The notes below the pieces were generated by a model, which was given only the letters and a program-made list of their open reading frames with translations, searched no databases and was not told the origin of the DNA. Position numbers and translations under genes: made by a program. From Candidatus Saccharimonadota bacterium (GTDB taxonomy: Bacteria; Patescibacteriota; Microgenomatia; UBA1406; GWC2-37-13), in the NCBI GenBank assembly GCA_001790095.1, contig MGBH01000001.1, positions 540,001 through 572,000 on the forward strand: a stretch of DNA of 32,000 bases. The letters are read 5' to 3'. This document shows positions 27,312-32,000 of the stretch, piece by piece (within the stretch, counting starts at the first letter, position 1; every line of letters begins with the position of its first letter).

Positions 27312-28859
27312 ATGAAATCTCACCGCATATCAAATACGAAATTACACGCAAAATATGCAAAATTATGTGAGGAGGAAAAAAATATTCGAGTAGAGATTGT
27401 GCATCTTCGTGAAAAACTTCTTTTTTCAGAATCCCAGTTTTTTTATCGTATTTTCTCTTTTTTTAAATTGCTAGCGGCTGATTTTAAAAATCTTTTTCAA
27501 AAGAAAAAAATTTCCCTTAAGCCAATTAATAAAAATGGGTCCTTAAAAAATGACATAAAGATAACCACTCAAAGCATACGGAGTTTAAAAGCATATAAGG
27601 AGAAGCTTGAGGCAGTGGAAAGATCGCCATTTATTTTATTGGTATGGATCGTAAAAACATGTTCATCTGTCTTATTGTTTATTCCAGCCTTTATAAGTAA
27701 TGCGCTTGTGCGCAAGGAACTTCGAAAAAATAGTACCAAACGAAAAACGATAGATCTTATTAACTTTGGAGTCATCCCGTATCACTTCAGAAAGCTTCGC
27801 CAACAGCATCTTGCTGAAGAACTCGCGAAAAAGGGCGTGAGGATTTTTTATATAGAAAGTCGTTTTATACCGCTTGCGGATGGAAAAGCAAAATACTCCC
27901 TAACAAAAGAAGTAGATAATGTCTATGTCGTAAAGCTTGCTTCATCAAGAGATATTGCGATCTATCATCAACCACCAACCGTCAAGGAAATAAATGAAAT
28001 CATCGGTTCCCTCAAACAATTTATAAACGATATAGGGATCACAAACCCCCTGGCAAAAGTTGACTATCCATTCTGGGCTTATATAACAAACCATCTCAAA
28101 GTACCTGTCATATATGACTGCATGGACGATTATGAAGGCTTTAACATAACAGGCTCACACATCTTAGATCTGGAAAAGGATTTGTTTAAAAAAAGCGATA
28201 TTACTCTTGTTTGCTCAGAGCTACTTTTAAAAAAGGTGAAAAAAAATAGACCGCGTAAAACCATCCTACTTAAAAATGCATGCGAGTACACCCATTTTAA
28301 AAAAGCATACGTAAAAAAAGATACATGCTCGGCCGGGTTATGCTGGATCAGAAAACCGGTCATTGGTTTTTTTGGTGCAGTAGGGGAATGGATCGACACA
28401 AAGCTACTCATCAAAATAGCAACCTCTTTCCCAAGCGCATCAGTGGTACTCATAGGCGAAGTCCAAAACGAGGAGATTCTACGTATCGGTGAGACATATC
28501 CAAATATTTACCTTCTTGGCGAAAAACCATATGCAAAGCTCCCGGAGTACTTGCAAACTTTTGATATATGTGTCATCCCTTTCCTCATCAATAAACATAC
28601 GCGTCTCATTGACCCGGTCAAGATGTATGAATATTTTGCGGCTGGCAAACCTGTCGTCACAACCGCGATTCAGGAGATTGAGACTTACAAAAAACTCTTC
28701 TATTATTCTTCATCTCATGAGGAGTTTATTTTAAATGTGAGATTTGCACTTAAGGAAAAGAATATTAAGCTCAGGAAAAAACGCCAGGATGTTGCTCAAA
28801 AGAATACGTGGGAAAAGCGCTCAGTTATATTGTATAAAGAGTTACTCAAGCTGGCATGA
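27312..28859 (+). CDS. Glycosyltransferase family 1 (GT4/TuaH-like) with N-terminal coiled-coil plus transmembrane extension
   Basis: The C-terminal half carries the GT1 signature (GEKPYAKLPEYLQTFDICVIPF....TRLIDPVKMYEYFAAGKPVVTT). The N-terminal ~130 aa are charged and contain one hydrophobic helix (FILLVWIVKTCSSVLLFIPAFI). The first ATG is at 27312, with TATATT 7 nt upstream. Confidence 0.75.
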   Translation: MKSHRISNTKLHAKYAKLCEEEKNIRVEIVHLREKLLFSESQFFYRIFSFFKLLAADFKNLFQKKKISLKPINKNGSLKNDIKITTQSIRSLKAYKEKLEAVERSPFILLVWIVKTCSSVLLFIPAFISNALVRKELRKNSTKRKTIDLINFGVIPYHFRKLRQQHLAEELAKKGVRIFYIESRFIPLADGKAKYSLTKEVDNVYVVKLASSRDIAIYHQPPTVKEINEIIGSLKQFINDIGITNPLAKVDYPFWAYITNHLKVPVIYDCMDDYEGFNITGSHILDLEKDLFKKSDITLVCSELLLKKVKKNRPRKTILLKNACEYTHFKKAYVKKDTCSAGLCWIRKPVIGFFGAVGEWIDTKLLIKIATSFPSASVVLIGEVQNEEILRIGETYPNIYLLGEKPYAKLPEYLQTFDICVIPFLINKHTRLIDPVKMYEYFAAGKPVVTTAIQEIETYKKLFYYSSSHEEFILNVRFALKEKNIKLRKKRQDVAQKNTWEKRSVILYKELLKLA

Positions 28860-28894
28860 ATTTTATATAATAGTAGGATTGTTATATATGAAAT

Positions 28895-30172
28895 ATGCGT
28901 ATTAAAAAAGTTGCTGTCATCGGGCTTGGTTATGTCGGGCTCCCGACTTATGTAGCTCTTTTGAAAGCAAAAACATATGAGGTCGTTGGATACACACGGT
29001 CGCAAAAAAAAGTAGATGCTATCAATAAGGGCCAATCACCGATCGAAGATGAGGATGTAATATCTTACTTAAAAAGTAATAAAGTTAAAGCAACCAATAA
29101 ACAGCAAGACTTAAAAGGATGTGATGTCTTTATCATCTGTGTACCTACCCCCGTAAAAGACGACTATGTGCCAGATTATGAACCGGTCATATCCGCAACT
29201 CAACTGGTTGCTCCCTATATAAAAAAGGGGTCACATTATGTACTTGAGTCAACAGTCAATCCAGGAACTTGCGAGGAAATAATTCTGCCCATCCTTGAAA
29301 AAGAAACAGGACTCAAAGCTGGATCTGACTTTAATATCGCACATTGTCCCGAACGCATCAACCCAGGAGACCAAAAGTGGAATATCTACAATATCAATCG
29401 TAATATTGGGTCGCTTTCAAAAAGCCAAAATAAAGAAATCGCTTCGTTTTATCGAACCTTTATAACTAAAGGGCAGGTCAACGAAGTTAACTCACTTAAG
29501 GTTGCCGAAGCTACTAAAATAATTGAAAACACCTTCCGGGATATAAACATAGCTTACGTAAATGAGCTTGCCCAGTCATTTGATATCATGGGCATTGACC
29601 TCCATGAGACATTGAAAGCTTCGTCAAACAAACAGTTTGCGTTTATGCCGCACTACCCCGGTTGTGGAGTAGGGGGTCATTGCATAGCGGTTGACCCATA
29701 TTATTTGATCAGGCGCGCGTCACTTGACGGATTTAATCATCAGTTTTTAAAATATGCCCGCGAGATCAATAATGGCATGCCCGGTTATACCATACAAAGA
29801 TTGCTCCTTGGTCTAAATGATGTCGGACTTAGTCTCAAAGGTACCAAAGTTGCGCTTCTGGGCTTAAGTTATAAACCAGATATTGGAGATATCCGTGAAA
29901 GCCCAAGTCTTATTATTGAAAAAGAACTTAAAAAGCTTGGGGCACAGATAATAGTCTATGATCCTTATGTAAAACGTGCAGAAAAAGATTTGGCAAAAGC
30001 TATCAAGAATGCAAAAGCAATAGTAGTTGCAACAGCACATAAGGAAATTAAAATGGGTCTTGAGAGTTTATTAAAAAAATCAAAAGTTAAGGTGGTCATT
30101 GACGGACGAAACTGTTTAGACAAAGAAAAAATAAAAAAAATGGGGATAGTTTATAAAGGAATAGGAAGATAA
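28895..30172 (+). CDS. NDP-sugar dehydrogenase (UDP-GlcNAc / UDP-ManNAc 6-dehydrogenase family, WbpA/WecC-like)
   Basis: 425-aa ORF with the N-terminal Rossmann motif VAVIGLGYVGLP, a catalytic-Cys region (GCGVGGHCIAVDPYY), and a C-terminal UDP-binding domain (LGLSYKPDIGDIRESP). Confidence 0.85.
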   Translation: MRIKKVAVIGLGYVGLPTYVALLKAKTYEVVGYTRSQKKVDAINKGQSPIEDEDVISYLKSNKVKATNKQQDLKGCDVFIICVPTPVKDDYVPDYEPVISATQLVAPYIKKGSHYVLESTVNPGTCEEIILPILEKETGLKAGSDFNIAHCPERINPGDQKWNIYNINRNIGSLSKSQNKEIASFYRTFITKGQVNEVNSLKVAEATKIIENTFRDINIAYVNELAQSFDIMGIDLHETLKASSNKQFAFMPHYPGCGVGGHCIAVDPYYLIRRASLDGFNHQFLKYAREINNGMPGYTIQRLLLGLNDVGLSLKGTKVALLGLSYKPDIGDIRESPSLIIEKELKKLGAQIIVYDPYVKRAEKDLAKAIKNAKAIVVATAHKEIKMGLESLLKKSKVKVVIDGRNCLDKEKIKKMGIVYKGIGR

Positions 30173-30182
30173 AAATAAAAGT

Positions 30183-30260
30183 TGTCCGTCATTCCCGCGA
30201 AAGCGGGAATCCAGACATAAATTACAAATTTTATAGATCCCGATTTTCATCGGGATGACA
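30183..30260. repeat. Pair of head-to-head hairpin repeat units (TGTC..hairpin..spacer..hairpin..GACA)
   Basis: Unit A is gtcATTCCCGCgaaaGCGGGAATcc (30188-30212). Unit B, inverted, is gATCCCGATtttcATCGGGATgaca (30236-30260). Confidence 0.8.
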
Positions 30261-30263
30261 TAA

Positions 30264-31316
30264 ATGAAAAAACTTGGCATCGGAGTCATAGGTTTAGGAA
30301 GAATATTCCTTCGTCATTATGATGACAGTATCAAACAACTGCCAGAGATAGAACTCGTTGCAGTGTGTGATAATAAAAAAAGTGTACTTAATAAATACAG
30401 GGATGAACTATCTAAAGATAAGACACCCCCACCATCATTTTATACCGACTATCAGCATCTTATTGATGATAAACGTGTTGATGTGGTCACGATAGCTACA
30501 CCTAATGGCCTACATAATATCATGGGTATGGCTGTTGCAGTGGCTCAAAAACACTGCATTATGGAAAAACCTATTTCGCAAAATTTTAAAGATGCGCAAA
30601 GACTGGTCAATGCTTTCAAAAAATCAAAAGGCAAACTTTTTCCTGTTCTACAGGTCAGATATAATCCAGCAGTACAAACACTACGAAGCGCCATAAAAAA
30701 AGGGCTACTGGGTAAGATACTTACTGCTTCAGTTATCATCCGATGGACCCGCCCCCAGGAATATTTTGATGAAAGCGACTGGAAAGGTACTCTCAAGATG
30801 GACGGAGGCACGCTTCTCACACAGGCGATCCATTATGTTGACATAATGCAGTATGTGCTTGGACCGGGTAAATCGGTATTTGGCAAACTGGACAGAGTAG
30901 CGCATAAGATCGAAGCAGAAGATATCGCAAACGCCATCATAGATCTCAAAACAGGTACCAGGGTCAATCTTGAGTTCACCGTCTGCACTTATCCGCACAA
31001 TCTTGAATGTTCTCTTACCGTGCTTGGAGAAAAAGGAACGGTTAAAATAGGAGGAACCGCAATGAATAAATGTGAACTTTGGGAAGTGAAAGACACTCCA
31101 ATGCCATATATTCCCGAAGGGTTGATTCCAAACGTATATGCCGGAGGAATGTATGTGGGATCATGTCCCAACCATAAATCAATCTATGAAAATATGATCA
31201 ATAATCTTGTGTACAAAAAAGAGTCGTTTCTTAAAGCCGAAGATGCACTTGAGTCTTTAAGAATTATAGACGGAATCAAAAAATCAAGCGAGATGAAAAA
31301 AGAAGTAATATTATAA
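30264..31316 (+). CDS. Gfo/Idh/MocA family NAD-dependent oxidoreductase (WbpB-like by context)
   Basis: 350-aa ORF with an N-terminal Rossmann fold (LGIGVIGLGRI...) and the EKP motif (CIMEKPISQNFKDAQRLV). It lies between a sugar dehydrogenase and a WbpD-like acetyltransferase. Confidence 0.8.
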   Translation: MKKLGIGVIGLGRIFLRHYDDSIKQLPEIELVAVCDNKKSVLNKYRDELSKDKTPPPSFYTDYQHLIDDKRVDVVTIATPNGLHNIMGMAVAVAQKHCIMEKPISQNFKDAQRLVNAFKKSKGKLFPVLQVRYNPAVQTLRSAIKKGLLGKILTASVIIRWTRPQEYFDESDWKGTLKMDGGTLLTQAIHYVDIMQYVLGPGKSVFGKLDRVAHKIEAEDIANAIIDLKTGTRVNLEFTVCTYPHNLECSLTVLGEKGTVKIGGTAMNKCELWEVKDTPMPYIPEGLIPNVYAGGMYVGSCPNHKSIYENMINNLVYKKESFLKAEDALESLRIIDGIKKSSEMKKEVIL

Positions 31317-31320
31317 TACT

Positions 31321-31382
31321 ATGTCATCCTGAACTTGTTTCAGGATCAATATGGAAGATGCTGAAATAAATTCAGCATGACA
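31321..31382. repeat. Second pair of head-to-head hairpin repeat units
   Basis: Unit C is atgtcATCCTGAActtgtTTCAGGATc (31321-31347). Unit D, inverted, is gATGCTGAAataaaTTCAGCATgaca (31357-31382). Confidence 0.8.
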
Positions 31383-31392
31383 ATATAAATAT

Positions 31393-31899
31393 ATGAAAAA
31401 ATATTATTGCCATGAATCATCGATAGTTGATAAAAACGTAACCATAGGTGACGAAACTAAGATCTGGCATTTCTCCCATGTATCAAGTGGCGCCAAAATC
31501 GGTAAATCCTGCTCCCTTGGTCAGAACGTATTTATTGGTAACAACGTTACAATAGGAGACAATGTAAAGATCCAAAACAATGTATCAGTCTATGAAGGAG
31601 TGACTCTTGAGAACGATGTATTCTGCGGACCATCGTGTGTATTTACCAATGTGAGACAACCCAGAAGTGAGTTCCCGGTACATAAAAAGTATGACAAAAC
31701 ACTCATTAAAAAAGGAGTGACTATAGGAGCCAATGTCACAATAGTTTGCGGAGTGACTATCGGCAAATACGCATTTATCGGAGCCGGCTCTGTCGTCACC
31801 AAAGATGTTCCCGATTATGCCTTAGTCTATGGCAACCCCGCAAGAGTAAAAGGAAAAGTGGATGAGAAAGGAAAGAAAATTAACACTATGTCATCCTGA
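31393..31899 (+). CDS. wbpD: Hexapeptide-repeat (LbH) N-acetyltransferase, WbpD-like (UDP-2-acetamido-3-amino-2,3-dideoxy-glucuronate N-acetyltransferase family)
   Basis: 168-aa [59 protein letters not shown]...[39 protein letters not shown] closely follows the WbpD-type sequence as I recall it. The last 3 codons and the stop lie inside a repeat unit. Confidence 0.8.
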   Translation: MKKYYCHESSIVDKNVTIGDETKIWHFSHVSSGAKIGKSCSLGQNVFIGNNVTIGDNVKIQNNVSVYEGVTLENDVFCGPSCVFTNVRQPRSEFPVHKKYDKTLIKKGVTIGANVTIVCGVTIGKYAFIGAGSVVTKDVPDYALVYGNPARVKGKVDEKGKKINTMSS

Positions 31900-31933
31900 A
31901 CAATAAATGTCATCCCGAACTTGTTTCGGGATC
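31885..31933. repeat. Truncated hairpin unit followed by a complete unit, immediately upstream of the GIY-YIG gene
   Basis: actatgtcatcctgaac (31885-31901) is identical to 31318-31334 but lacks the 3' half of the hairpin. It is followed by atgtcATCCCGAActtgtTTCGGGATc (31907-31933). Confidence 0.8.
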
Positions 31934-31938
31934 TATGT

Positions 31939-32000
31939 ATGACTTATTTCGTATACATTTTGACTAACATAACGAATAGCACTCTCTATATTGGAGTTAC
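31939..32000 (+). CDS. GIY-YIG nuclease family protein (UPF0213-like), N-terminal 20 codons only; runs off the window
   Basis: ATG 31939: MTYFVYILTNITNSTLYIGVT. This is the characteristic YVYIL.....LYIGVT (GIY...YIG) start of small GIY-YIG domain proteins. It is too short to appear in the ORF track. Confidence 0.65.
   Translation, partial: MTYFVYILTNITNSTLYIGV

Noticed and set aside
28888-28905. Alternative ATG at 28888 for the sugar dehydrogenase
   Set aside because: That frame stops after five codons (MKYAY*). ATG 28895 gives the canonical Rossmann N-terminus MRIKKVAVIGLGYVGLP.

Overview
AT-rich, very compact bacterial chromosome segment read with the standard code (TGA is used as a stop). 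Several gene pairs overlap by ATGA and some convergent genes have abutting stop codons. The content is mostly housekeeping.

Plus strand, in order:
- DUF59 Fe-S protein, an EEP-family nuclease/phosphatase, cysS
- DUF2294 protein, hisS, a truncated RF1, an MFS transporter
- rpmE, rplJ-rplL, gyrB-ppa-gyrA, folD, miaA

Minus strand:
- A 5'-truncated rnj at the window edge
- A cysteine-rich membrane-anchored surface protein, with tRNA-Pro(CGG) upstream of it
- An MFS transporter
- A SAM-riboswitch-led metK / PfkB-kinase / ahcY cassette, followed by pyk and lepA

The last ~6 kb is a cell-surface glycan cluster: Wzm/Wzt-type ABC exporter, a TuaH-like GT, then an NDP-sugar dehydrogenase, a Gfo/Idh/MocA oxidoreductase and a WbpD-like acetyltransferase. 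The style (small proteins, few Shine-Dalgarno sites, N/K-rich insertions in conserved proteins) suggests a small-genome Patescibacteria/CPR-like organism. That placement is inference only.

Most interesting signals:
1. A family of TGTCAT-prefixed hairpin repeats with compensatory stem changes fills every spacer of the sugar operon. It ends 5 nt before a GIY-YIG nuclease gene, so this may be a REP/RAYT-like nuclease-plus-hairpin system.
2. The RF1 lacks domain 1 entirely.
3. A secreted or anchored protein carries 28 ectodomain cysteines in repeated C..C..C..C..CC modules.
4. The SAM-I-like riboswitch has a branched, enlarged P2 and no obvious terminator.
5. A -10 hexamer sits 6-9 nt before the ATG of many genes, implying leaderless mRNAs.
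6. 8-nt-periodic GTTAA / GTTATAAA arrays occur in several short spacers.

No CRISPR array, rRNA, transposase or integrase is visible.
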